DNA of 62,905 nucleotides, the filler included, from Octopus bimaculoides (taxonomy: Eukaryota), in assembly GCF_001194135.2 (NCBI RefSeq). It is 6 parts of 6 records of this genome, joined end to end, with 100 filler letters (N's around TTAATTAATTAA, not from the genome) between each part and the next. Parts side by side here need not be neighbours in the genome. Positions count along the whole stretch, not along the records: positions 23,051 to 41,527 come from NC_068985.1; positions 41,628 to 44,968 come from NC_068983.1; positions 45,069 to 54,421 come from NC_068986.1; 3 more parts are not named here. One strand, 5' to 3'. Below the pieces are notes generated by a model that worked only from the letters and a program-made list of their open reading frames with translations, did not search any database and was not told where the DNA came from. The position numbers and the translations under genes were made by a program. Positions 37,610-50,667 of this stretch are shown here, piece by piece (within the stretch, counting starts at the first letter, position 1; each line of letters opens with the position of its first letter).

Positions 37610-40600
37610 TGCACAAAATGTACGAAAAACTACACATTTAACACCAGAAATGAATGGTCAGGTACCTTACGAAAATGATGACCATCAAGATAAAGAGCCG
37701 GATGTTATTCCTCATGTCAGGCAAATAAAATTTAAAAAAGCATAAATGGACACGTGAGGAATATATTTCAACCCTACACGCTTATTTTACAGCAGTTCTC
37801 TACCCACAGAACGAAAACACAACAAATACATATAAAATCTTGAAGAAAAATTACCTAGATAGAAATTTGGATACAACAATGAACCCTAATAAACTAGCTA
37901 ACATACGGAGATATATTCCCCCCGCCCCAAAAAAATGTCAGAAATAGAACACTTAAAAGGAAAAATACACAAGGAAAACGTACATAGAAGCCACACTACA
38001 GTGCCAAATAATATCGTAAGCACTGAAGACTGTAAAATATAAAGACAGGTGTAACATGTCTAAAAAAAAAAAAAAACGAACGAAGACAACAAATGAGCAA
38101 AATGTACCAAATCAGAACACCACAAACAAAAATATGAATAGGAGGGAATACGTACAAATCTAAAACCTGGAAACAGTGAAGGTAAAACTAATGATTATGA
38201 TACTCTAAATATGAGTATAATCAAAGAATTGAAACCACAGATCTGAGTATGGGCCACCGATTGTACCTCCCAAAATGAAAATTGATAATAAAGCAACATC
38301 AATAATAAATAGCATGAACGTGGCCGTCAGAGAACTAATAGCCACAGAAACAAATGTCAGTGTGATCAGGTTAAATGATATAATATATGCAGCAGCCTCT
38401 GTAACCACAAAAGAAACTGGATACCCCTTCAAACCCATCCAAACAGGAGTATCACGACCCAAACAAACCCTGTGGATAAATAATATTAAGAAAAAATAGG
38501 AAATAACAGAAAAGATCTGTCAATCCTTAATGAAACTAGTAGACAATCAACACTACTAAGCAACAAAAGGAGAAGAAAAATACTACATAAATACAAAATT
38601 ACAGAACATGGTAACCGGAGGTAAAAGAACAGCTAAAGCAAGATATCCTCGCCAAAGAACAAAGAATCTGCCGGTATGAGAAACGTCAACGTTTCCTTGA
38701 GCAGAACAAACACTTCAACTCCAACCCCAAGAGATTCTACCAAGAACTTGGCAAAACTAAATAGAAATCAATGCAGAATCAACAGCAGAAGAATGGAAGA
38801 ATTTTGGAAAGAAATATGGTCGGCGAAAGAACAACCTCAGAAAAGATTTATCAAAACAACTAACACAGCATATGAACAACTCTAGACACCTATAACAACT
38901 GAAGAAGTCACCCAGGCACTGCAAAAGCTAAACAGCTGGACACGACAAGATCCCCAACTTCTGGTTGAAATATCTAATACATAAACTGGCTGAGAAATTT
39001 AATAAAAGACTAGCAGAGCCATAGACAATGCCTGAATGGCTAACGGAAGGGAAAACTATCTTTCCTAAATCCACTGAAACGGCAAACCCACAAAATTACA
39101 GACCGATAACTAGTTCCGCTACAATTTACAAAGTCTTTACTGCAATAATATTGCAGAGATTGGGAAAACATCTGGAAGAAAACAACTTGTTTCTAGAAGA
39201 GCAGAAGGGATGCTGCAAGGGCTCATACGGCTGCAAAGATCAGTTACTGATCAATAAAGCCATTACTGAAGACAGCCGCAGAAAGAAGGGTCTAAGTATG
39301 GCTTCGATCGATTACCGAAAGGCTTTTGATTGTACTACCCATACATGGATCCTAGAAACACTAGCCATGAACGAGGTAGCACCAATAATCATAAAATAAA
39401 TAAAACATTCCATGAATAAATGGTAGACAATGCTACGGCTCCTGACAAAAAGAGGGACTCATAAAAACCAAAGCCATCCCCATTAGAAGAGGAATATTCC
39501 AGGGAGACACGCTCTCTCCACTCCTTTTCTGTTTGGCACTGACACGTTTATCCGACATGCTAAACAGAACTGAAAGTGGATACATGTGTTACGGCAAAAC
39601 AATCAACAACCTCTTGTATATGGATGATTCAAAATTGTATGCTACAAATGATAAACAGCTGGAAACATTACTACAAACATTACTACATGGATTTACCAAA
39701 GAAATAAGCATGGAATTTAGCTTAGAAAAACGTGCCAAAGCAACCTTGAAAAGCGGAAAACTAGTTAAGAGTAACAACCTCACAGTAGTTAAAACCAATA
39801 AAATGAGAAAATTAGACCAAAGCCAGACATACAAATACTTAGGAATCAATGAACTAGATACAATACAACACACACAAATAAAAGATAAGATAAGAAAGGA
39901 ATACTATAACGAGTTAGATTAATACTGAAAACAGAGCTCAATGCAAAAAGCAAGATAATAGGTATTAACACTCTAGCCGTCCCAGTTATAAGTTACAGCT
40001 ACAATATTCTTAAATAGACTCCAAATGAGCTAATCTAAATAAACAGGAAAACAAGTAAAATAATGACAGGACATAGAAAGGCTATATATACAACGTATCG
40101 AAGGTGGTAGAGTCCTTGTACAGCTAAAAAACAATTATAAAATAACCACCATAGGACTACAGAAATACCTACTTCAGAAGCAAAGAAAGCTAATACAAAC
40201 AGCCACAAAACAAGAGCAAAACAAAAAACTGTTTGCCGTTTTTAAGGAAGCCGACACATACAGAAAAGAAGTCATTGTACCTAACGACTATGAAGAAAAA
40301 GAGTAAACAAGAAACGCTGTAAAACAACTGAAATCCAAACTAAAACTGGAACAGCAACATATGATAAAACTATGGCAAGAAAAGACCCTACATGGCAAAT
40401 ATTGAGTTAAGCTAAACAGAAAAGAAATAGACAAACTAAAATCTCAACAATGGCTGAGAAGCTCAGGACTTAAGGACTTTAAATTGCAGCACAGGATCAA
40501 AGCCTTCCCACTAGGAATCACCAAAAACACGTAATGAAAAGAAATACAAGTAACTGCAGAATATGTAGTGATGGAGAAGCAATAGTAAATCACTTTGTCT

Positions 40601-41211
40601 CTGGCTGCCCAGTCCTGGCTAAGAAGGAATACATTCACAGACACGAAAGAGTTGGGACCTATATACACTGGAAGCTATGCCAACACTATGAAACAACAAC
40701 AGAAAAAAGATGGAATAGGTACACCCTAAAAATGGTCACAGAAAATGAGAAAGCAACCATACTCTGGGATATGCCAATACACACAGATAGAGAAATTAAG
40801 ACCGGTTATAGTTGTCAGTGGTCACCAAGAAAAAATGCTTTCTAATCGATGTATCAATACCAACAGATGACAACGTTTCTCTAAAAGAAACAGGAGAAAC
40901 TTTCAAAATACAAAGATCTGGAAATAGAGACAACTCGAATGTCGAGCCTAAACTCAGAAACAATTTCTACTATAGTAGGCGCATTAGGTATGATAAAAAA
41001 AAACTTTCAGACAAATACATTGCAAAAACACTACCAGAACTTAGAAGTATATACAACAGAAAATAGCAGTACTACGCACCGCACACATCCTGCGTAAAAC
41101 ACTTTCAACAGGGAAAATAAGAACATCACAACAAAGCATACCCAAGGCACGCGGAGCTGCACTCGGTAGTGATAAAAATAAGACGACTGAATAATAATAA
41201 TAATAATAATG

Positions 41212-41243
<32 letters not shown>
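37610..41243 (+). mobile_element. Near-full-length decayed R4/Dong-type non-LTR retrotransposon (RT, CCHC knuckle, restriction-like endonuclease, (TAA)n tail)
   Basis: N-terminal KWTREEY..NKLANIRRYI; NPKRFYQEL/EEFWKEIW; NYRPIT..EEQKGC..LLINK..IDYRKAFD; RRGIFQGDTLSPLLF; LLYMDD; YKYLG; CRICSDG...HFVSGC...RHERV; ILWDMPIHTD..PDIV..FLIDVSIP..KYKDLEIE. It carries many stops and frameshifts. Confidence 0.95.
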
Positions 41244-41244
41244 T

Positions 41245-41527
41245 AATTCGTTTTATTGGCCACAAGGGCTAATATCAATTAAAGACATATAAGGACAAAG
41301 ACAGGACGAAGGTTACAAAAGGTTTTGTCCGAAAAGGTAGGAAAGTTCGTCTACACAGAGGAAGAAAACGAAGAAAGATATAATAAATAAATAGATAAAT
41401 AAATAAGTAGAACTCCCAAAGGGGGAGGCGTTTCGAAAAAGGAAAGGTTACACGTGGAAAAGCCCATAAAACCACAGGAGCCTGGTCAGAAAAAATAAGA
41501 AAGGGGTATAGAGCCCTTTCTCCTTTT
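41245..41527 (-). mobile_element. L1/Tx1-like LINE 3' UTR, tail-to-tail with the R4 element
   Basis: The reverse complement shares the gtgg.ttt.(a/g)tggg..ttcca UTR motif with 36940-37040 and 56040-56140. It ends tagcccttgtggccaataaaac(gaatt)(att)n. Confidence 0.7.
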
Positions 41528-41627
41528 NNNNNNNNNNNNNNNNNNNNNNNNNNNNNNNNNNNNNNNNNNNNTTAATTAATTAANNNNNNNNNNNNNNNNN
41601 NNNNNNNNNNNNNNNNNNNNNNNNNNN

Positions 41628-41669
<42 letters not shown>

Positions 41670-42066
41670 GGAGAAGGAGAAAGAAAGAAAAAAAGGAAGA
41701 GCAGGATATAAAAATAAGTGGGGAGAGAGCAAGACGTACGAGTGAATAGTATTTATTTAGACGAGGTTGGCCGTGGTGTTTGTAAGTTCAGAAGTTGTTG
41801 TGGTTAGAGTCATGCTCGATTGCCGAAATTCCTTTCGCCTTATCAAAGTATTCTGCTCTCCGTTCTAGCAATGAGCGCGTTGATCTTCAGGAGCATTAAA
41901 TGAAAGTAGGTCTTCTTGCTTGGTGTGGATATGTTTTTTTTGTTTCATTAAGATATGCCGAGATATAAGATAGATCGATCAATCGATAGATAGATAGATA
42001 GATAGATAAACAAAAAGACAGACAAATAGACAGACACACAGACAGATAGATAGATAGATAGATAGG

Positions 42067-42111
<45 letters not shown>

Positions 42112-42121
42112 NNNNNNNNNN

Positions 42122-42176
<55 letters not shown>

Positions 42177-42412
42177 AATAGATAGACAGATAGAAAGATA
42201 AATAAATTTTGATATACACAGGGTGTTCAGACTAAATTTGACAGTTTGCATAAATAGAAAAGAAAATACAGAATCCATATTTCGTTTTTGTATTTGGTTG
42301 GCAAGATTCATTGTAATGATTCTCGCCAGATACAGCATAACAAAATCCACATCCCATCCAAAAATAAAAGTATATCTAAAAATAAAGGTATTTAAAATTT
42401 TTTTTTAAATAT

Positions 42413-42833
42413 GAGGCGTAGGAGTGGCTGTGTGGTAAGTAGCTTGCTTACCAGCCACATGGTTCCGGGTTGAGTCCCACTGCGTGGCACCTTGAGTAAG
42501 TGTCTTCCACTATAGCCTCGGTCCGACCAAAGCCTTGTGAGTGGATTTGGTAGACGGAAACTGAAAGAAGCCTGTCGTATATATGTATGTATATATGTAT
42601 ATATATGTGTGTGTGTGTTTGTGTGTCTGTGTTTGTCCCCCCCACCGTCGCTTGACAACCGATGCTGGTGTGTTTACGTCCCCGTAACTTAGCGGTTCGG
42701 CAAAAAGAGACCGATAGAATAAGTACTAGGCTTACAAAGAATAAGTCCTGGGGGTCGATTTGCTCGACTAAAGGCGGTGCTCCAGCATGGCCGCAGTCAA
42801 ATGACTGAAACAAGTAAAAGAGTAAAGAGTAAG
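42413..42833 (+). mobile_element. SINE family A, full-length and best-preserved copy
   Basis: tRNA-like head (A-box-like TGGCTGTGTGG, B-box-like GGGTTGAGTCCC), internal TA/TG microsatellite, body, and tail ending in short tandem (GAGTAAA) units. Confidence 0.95.
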
Positions 42834-42849
42834 AAGTATGAGCTGCATA

Positions 42850-42965
42850 ATGGCTGGGAGATAACCGCCCTCAGCTTCCTCCACGGCCTCAAGACGGCTC
42901 CAGAATCTGGTGTATGCGACCCTCAGTGTATCCTTCGAAAGATCTTCGAATACTTTCCTTGATGC
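42850..42965 (-). pseudogene. Tc1/mariner transposase extreme C-terminal relic
   Basis: RKVFEDLSKDTLRVAYTRFWSRLEAVEEAEGGYL matches the typical 'C..FR.RLEAVV.A.GGYFE' C-terminus. Confidence 0.7.
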
Positions 42966-42974
42966 TGATAATGA

Positions 42975-43116
42975 GCTCGGTTCCGGGTTACGTCGCACTG
43001 CGCGGCACCTTGACCTATTATAATCTTGGGCCGACCAAAGCCCTGTGAGTGGATTTTGTAGACAAAAACTAAAAGAAGCCTACCGCATAAGCGCGCGCGC
43101 TAGCGCATGTGTGTGG

Positions 43117-43157
<41 letters not shown>

Positions 43158-43330
43158 CCTTTGTGTCTGTGTTTGTTCCCCACCAACCGCTTACGTTCTC
43201 GTAACCAAGAAACAAAAGATACCAGGCCTTAGAAAAATCATTGAAGTTCACTTGTTCGACTAAAACCCTTCAATGCGGTGCTCCAGCATGGCCGCAGTCA
43301 AATGCCAGTAACAAGTAAAAGATAAAAAAA
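42975..43330 (+). mobile_element. SINE family A, diverged and deleted copy
   Basis: ggttccgggtt..ctgcgcggcaccttg...gggccgaccaaagccctgtgagtggatttt...gcggtgctccagcatggccgcagtcaaatg. Confidence 0.85.
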
Positions 43331-44009
43331 AAAAATGTGTATTGGTGCATAAATATGTATAACTGCATAAGCGCATGCGTGTATGTATATGTATAAAAGC
43401 AAGAGTGTGCGGTGTGCATGTGTGCATGTATGCGCGCGCGCATGAGTAAGTGCATGCATGCGTGTGTGTGTGTGTGCGTGTGTGTGTTTGTGTGTATCTG
43501 TGGATGTTGGTGTGTCTGCGCTTATCTAGCGAATACTACCATATCACAAATATATAAAAGAAGGCGTGCCACAAAATAGTCGCTCCTCCCACTGTAGGCG
43601 TTCATTAACGCCTAGATTCGGTCATCTACTTCGCTGAACTATCACCTTGGTTTGATAGAATAAGATGCCGACGCACCTTTCTATATACAGAAATTGATTA
43701 ATTATCTATCACCTCTTACCTTTGTCATCATACCCAAATATAGACCGAGACACATACATACGAACGCACACACTGTCACACGCGCACGCACACACACACA
43801 TACACACACACGCACATAAAGATACACCTACATTTATACAGATATACATACATGCACAAATGCTCGTACACGTGCATTAATATAGAGCGATGCAATACAG
43901 ACAGACATCCACATGTATTCATGTATGTTTGTGTACAGGGATAGGGGTGTATGTGGGTGAGTATATGTGTGTGTGCATAGAAACGTATGTATATCTATAT
44001 ATTTTCTTT

Positions 44010-44433
44010 TATTCCTTTATTCTTTTACTTGTTTCAGTCATTTGACCGCGGTCATGCTGGAGCACCACCTTTAGTCGAGCAAATCGACCCCAGGACTTAT
44101 TCTTTGTAAGCCTAGTACTTATTCTATCGGTCTCTTTTGCCGAACCGCTAAGTTACGGGTATGTAAACACACCAGCATCGGTTGTCAAGCGATGTTGGGG
44201 GGACAAACACAGACACACAAACATATACACACATACACACAAACATATATATATATACATATATACGACGGGCTTCTTTCAGTTTCCGTCTACCAAATCC
44301 ACTCACAAGGCTTTGGTCGGCCCGAGGCTATAGTAGAAGACACACACTTGCCCAAGGTTCCACGCATTGGGACTGAACCCGGAACCATGTCGTTTGTAAG
44401 CAAGCTACTTACCACACAGCCACTCCTACGCCT
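44010..44433 (-). mobile_element. SINE family A, full-length young copy
   Basis: Close reverse complement of 42413-42833, from cttgtttcagtcatttgaccgcggtcatgctggagcacc to cttaccacacagccactcctacgcc. Confidence 0.95.
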
Positions 44434-44484
44434 ATACATACATACATACATACATACATACATACATACATACATACACGCGCG

Positions 44485-44528
<44 letters not shown>

Positions 44529-44539
44529 CACGTGTGTGT

Positions 44540-44705
44540 GTCTGCCTGTCTGTGTCTTTGTGTTTGTCTCCCATCACCGCTTGACAGCTGGTATTGGTGC
44601 ATCTACGTACCTGCAATATAGCGGTTCGGTTGGAAGACCGATAGAATAAGTACCAGGATTAAAACATAAGCTCTAGTGTCGATTTGTTCGACTGAAACCC
44701 TTACA
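44540..44705 (+). mobile_element. SINE family A, 3' part
   Basis: gtgtttgtctcccatcaccgcttgacagctgg...gcggttcgg...gatagaataagtaccagg...gtcgatttgttcgact. Confidence 0.8.
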
Positions 44706-44894
44706 TATATATATAGAGATATAGATATAGATATATGCTCGAAATGAGGAGTAGATAGACAGCCAACAACTGATGAAAGGGCCTTTCTTTATATTTACTT
44801 GTCCTGTTTTCCATTTTCTTTCTCGTTGTTTACGTATTTCATGTTATTTGCACCGTCGGTGACGTCCTGTACCAAATATGCATGTAAGTATGTG

Positions 44895-44968
<74 letters not shown>

Positions 44969-45096
44969 NNNNNNNNNNNNNNNNNNNNNNNNNNNNNNNN
45001 NNNNNNNNNNNNTTAATTAATTAANNNNNNNNNNNNNNNNNNNNNNNNNNNNNNNNNNNNNNNNNNNNTATATATATATATATATATATGTGTGTG

Positions 45097-45176
<80 letters not shown>

Positions 45177-45734
45177 GTGAACCTCTATTGTATAAAACGA
45201 ACGCGGAGGAGTAATTTTGCTTTGAGGTTCTTGTACATATTGAAAATATTGTTATATTCAAATTCATTTGAGTTTATGGTAATAAATAGATATAGATATA
45301 TTTGAGAATCAGTTTTAATTTCATCATTTTGTATAAACACAAGGAGATGTGATAAACTTTAAATTATAATTACTGTACTGTCATATTTTTTGATATCTCG
45401 TCTCATGGGAAAAGCATACTTCAAAAGTTATCCATCATGAGATGCGTAACACTCTAGTGTTGAAATTAATTCTCAATTTCTTTTAATTATCTCCGCTTTT
45501 TTTTTTGAGTCGTTAACAATTCCAGATAAATTTGTATTTCATTTTTCGAAGTAAAAGGGGAATTTCTACGTATTGAGGATCATATCTCTTTTATTCTCCC
45601 TATCATTATATATTTACTCTTTCAGTGTAAAGCAGAGAGGCGAAGAATCAAATCTAATTAAAATTAAACTCCAAATCGGACATTTCAAAATCATTGGCTC
45701 AGATGATTAAACTAACATTAATATTTGACTTGTG

Positions 45735-46352
45735 AAGGCGTTGAGCTGGCAGAAACGTTAGCACGCCGGGAGAAATGCTTAGCGGTATTTCGTCTGCCGT
45801 TACGTCCTGAGTTCAAATTCCGCCGAGGTCATCTTTGCCTTTCATCCTTTCGGTGTCGATAAAATGAAGTACCAGTTACGCACTGCGGTCGATGTAATCG
45901 ACTCAATCTCCTTGTTTGTCCCCTCTATGATTTGCCCCTCGTGGGCAATAAAGAAATAAGAAACGTTAGCACGCCGGTCGAAATGCTTAGCGGTATTTCG
46001 CCTGTCTTTACGTCCTGTGTTCAAATTCCGCCGAGGTCGACTTTGCCTTTCATCCTTTCGGGGTCGATAAATTAAGTACCAGTTGCGTACTAGGGTCGAC
46101 TAATTGACTGGCCCCGCTCCCCATAAATTTCGGGCCGTGTGCCTGGAGCAGAAAAGAATATTTGACGGACAAAAGACGACGAGCTGGCAGGAACGTTAGC
46201 ACGCCGGGTGAAATGCTTAGCGGCGTTTCGTCTGTCTTTACGTTCTGAGTTCAAATTCGACATTGCCTTTCATCCTTTTAGAGTCGATAAATAAAGTACC
46301 AATTGCGTACTAGGGTCGATCTAATTTCAGGCATCGTGCCTATAGTAGAAAT
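45735..46352 (+). mobile_element. Three tandem SINE family B copies
   Basis: aaacgttagcacgccgg..gaaatgcttagcgg..gttcaaattc recurs at about 45750, 45961 and 46192. Confidence 0.92.
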
Positions 46353-46748
46353 GATTATTTCAAATGTAACTATTCAATAAATGAGCCTCTATGTGGTATA
46401 TCGACCTGCCAGGTGTAGACGTAAAATCTACTTCAACTACATTGTGTGTCGCGTAGTGGGTAGCATTGAGGATTTTACGTAACCGAAAAAGTGTGAGCTT
46501 ACGTGGTTGGAAGTCACTGCTTTTGATACTCTCCTGTAAACATCTTATATGGAGACATTATTAGACATTATAAAATGTAGTGCCACATACATATTAAACA
46601 ACACTGGATGAAAGAGATTTAATCACTGATTCTCTGAGTTAGAATAGATCTCTGGTTAAACATCATGTTCATAATGGTTACTAACATTATTAAAAGAATA
46701 AACATTATTAAAAGAATAAAAATTTCAGTTGGAAAGCGTAGCTAGTAG

Positions 46749-46855
<107 letters not shown>

Positions 46856-46966
46856 CCAACATCGACGGAATTTGAAATCAAAACCAAAATGTAACGACAT
46901 GAGGTAATACACTTTGCATCATGCTATATCTATCGCGAGATACACTACGATTAAAGAGAAACATTA

Positions 46967-47017
<51 letters not shown>

Positions 47018-47065
47018 AAATAATTACTCTCATATATCTTGTATTATCACAATGGTATACATACA

Positions 47066-47098
<33 letters not shown>

Positions 47099-48204
47099 TA
47101 TATATATGAGCGTCTAAACTCACACACGTATACACACACACCACACACACCACACACTCATATATGTGTGTGTGTGTGTGTGTGGTGTGTTTATGTATAA
47201 ATATGCGAGTATTTTCTCCTCTTTCTTTTTCCTTTCTATATCTTTAAATATAGAATACATGCTTACACATATACACACACACATTTGTATATATATATTG
47301 ATGGACACGCGTTTATATTTATAGATACACGCAGTCATACACATATACTAATACACATAAACATATATATACCATTAGACATGCATATATATTATAAACA
47401 TATACACGTACATACACCCACATAGACATGCACCCACAATCATACATCGACATACAAGCACTCCCGACCGCAGATATATACACATGTATAGTTATATAAA
47501 TACAACTAATGATAACACTTTGCCAATTAGTGCAAAATTCATTTTTATTCTTTTTCTTCCAAGACATCATTTTACGATATAAATGTTAGTTTTACTTATT
47601 ATCACCTACCTGCAAATATTTAACCGTGTTTATTAAANNNNNNNNNNNNNNNNNNNNNNNNNNNNNNNNNNNNNNNNNNNNNNNNNNNNNNNNNNNNNNN
47701 NNNNNNNNNNNNNNNNNNNNNNNNNNNNNNNNNNNNNNNNNNNNNNNNNNNNNNNNNNNNNNNNNNNNNNNNNNNNNNNNNNNNNNNNNNNNNNNNNNNN
47801 NNNNNNNNNNNNNNNNNNNNNNNNNNNNNNNNNNNNNNNNNNNNNNNNNNNNNNNNNNNNNNNNNNNNNNNNNNNNNNNNNNNNNNNNNNNNNNNNNNNN
47901 NNNNNNNNNNNNNNNNNNNNNNNNNNNNNNNNNNNNNNNNNNNNNNNNNNNNNNNNNNNNNNNNNNNNNNNNNNNNNNNNNNNNNNNNNNNNNNNNNNNN
48001 NNNNNNNNNNNNNNNNNNNNNNNNNNNNNNNNNNNNNNNNNNNNNNNNNNNNNNNNNNNNNNNNNNNNNNNNNNNNNNNNNNNNNNNNNNNNNNNNNNNN
48101 NNNNNNNNNNNNNNNNNNNNNNNNNNNNNNNNNNNNNNNNNNNNNNNNNNNNNNNNNNNNNNNNNNNNNNNNNNNNNNNNNNNNNNNNNNNNNNNNNNNN
48201 NNNN

Positions 48205-48235
<31 letters not shown>

Positions 48236-49196
48236 ATGTATATATATTTCGGTACATATATGTGTGTATGTGCGTGTTTGAATATATATATATATAGTTA
48301 GGTATATGAATGCAAGTGTTGTCTGTATAGATCAATATATTCAGGTGTAATATGGATGCGCATTTAGGCATACATATATACATATATACATAAACACATA
48401 CAGAAAATTGCCAATTATGTAAACGTGGTCTGCGAAGACATTTTCAGTGACTCGAATGAGCTGTATAACGAACATACTGTACCCATATATATGTCTGTAT
48501 ACATTTACGTACATCATATACACACAGTCTCAAACACACACAAATACAAACATAAACAGGCACACATACATACACATGCATATATATATATATATGTGTA
48601 TAAACGAATGTATTCACATGCACGGCAACAAGGCTTACGTGCTACTCAAAACCACTATAATTAGGCATTTAACCTCGGTGAGGCCTTTTTCAATAGAATG
48701 CTGAATAAATGTTGGTACAATTGAGAATCTCTTAGAACTACAGTATTACATATGTTAAATATATATAATGAGTGATAAACGGATATAGTCAGCTTGAGAT
48801 GCATAGTGTAAAATGAATAAGCGGAATTCTACATCATAGCAATAATCTACCGTTTGAGAAGCTCAGAAATTCAGAAAAGCATATGTCGTCTAAGAGTTTA
48901 AGAGATAGACTTCTCTTGCATGGTCATCGGCTTCGTTTAGACATATATATGTATGTTTTTATGTGCATATGCATACATACATACATACATACATACATAC
49001 ATACATTCATACATACATAAATACATACATACATAAACCCACATATACATATACATGCGAAGTCCTGTTTACAAAATTTGAGTGTAATCGGACGTGTTAA
49101 GACCTGTCACTGCAAGAATAGTCCCGGGTGAAAATTCTCCACCATGACTTGTATTAATGCACATTTCATACTGAGCTACGAGTGACACGCAGGACA

Positions 49197-49233
<37 letters not shown>

Positions 49234-49689
49234 GTAAATAATATGTGACAATTATTCGGTATCCATGATTAAACTCCGAGTTTCGGATACCGGGCCGGAA
49301 ACATACGCCACCATCTATTCAGTTATCTGACCATTGAAAATTGCATATGTGTGTGTATGTGGCTATGCTTGTTACCAACCCTACTTCACAACTGGTGTTG
49401 TGTTTACGGAACAGTAAACTGGCCGTCTGGCAAAGGCAACCGATGAAAGAAGCTTCAATTTAAAAAAAAAAAACAACTATTGGGCTCGAGTATTCCGGCT
49501 AAGATTCTTTAAGATGGTGTCCTATTAAGGCGCCAGTCAAATGACCAAAACAAGTAAAAAAAAAAATCAAAGTATTTTCCAAAATTTGAAATAAATGGTA
49601 ATCTGATGGTGCAAGGCGATGGTTGTATGTGTGGCCTAGCGTTATCTTATTGGAACACGATTCCTTTACGATTTGCCAATTCCGGTAAT

Positions 49690-50526
49690 TTATCTTTCAT
49701 TACTTCCTCTAGTTTCATTAGTTGTTGACAGCTAACCTATGAATTGATCGTTTGTTTCCTTGGAAGCAGCTCAAAATACACACATTTGTAATCCCACCAA
49801 ATTGACAGTATGACCTTTTTTTGATGCAATTCAGCTTTCGGTGTGGTTTGCCCTGGTACATTACGCTTGGACCACGATCGTTTTCGAAATGTCGATTGCA
49901 TTGCGTTTGGGATGCATATCGCAAATATTGATTCGTTGTGATAAGAGAATCTCATTCAATTCCTGTGGAACCCAAATATTGAACTTCTTAACAAATGCAA
50001 GCGATTTTCAGTTGTTGTGTGTGATACATTTAACCTCACTACAATCTCTTGCACAGCTGTATGACAATCAGATTCAAGTATGGCTTTGATCCTGTCATCA
50101 GCAACTTCAGCAGGTCAACCAGAGCGTTGGTCATCGATGAATGAAAAATATTCAAAACGAAATTATTTTAACCATTTCTGACTTCTGCTTAGCAATCACC
50201 ACAATAAACTTCAGATATCTCTTTGTGAGGTTCAGCAGCTTTCTTGCCTTTACGGAAATAAAAAAAAAAAGCAAAATATGGCCAAAATGTTCGTTTTTGC
50301 ACTTCATGTTAAAAGTGACATTGAATTAACAGCTATAAGCAAACATTGCTTCTAAATTTGCTTTAAAATTTCATCAAAATTTGCGAAATCTTCTTCTAAC
50401 GTAAGTTAAGAGTAACGGCTATCAAATGTCAATGGGAAAAAATCATAACATTGAAAAAAGTCATTCAAAAACATCGTAACTCTATCTATTTGCGAAAATC
50501 GAAATTACTTTCTTGCCAACCAAATA
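49690..50526 (-). pseudogene. Mariner (Mos1-like) transposase relic, N-terminal two thirds with left terminal inverted repeat
   Basis: MKCKNEHFGHILLF.YFRKGKKAAE..DDQRSG*P.EV.DD.IKA..FRKRSWSKRNVPGQTTPKAELHQKKVILSIWWDYK..YFELLPRKQTINS. The TIR-like TAtttggttggcaagaaagtaatttc lies at about 50500-50526. Confidence 0.9.
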
Positions 50527-50635
50527 TATGTATTTTATATTTTACTTGTTTGGTGGAAATAACCGACCCAAGGCGACAAACACAGGCATAAAGACACACA
50601 CACATCATACACTCACTTATACATACACACACACG

Positions 50636-50667
<32 letters not shown>

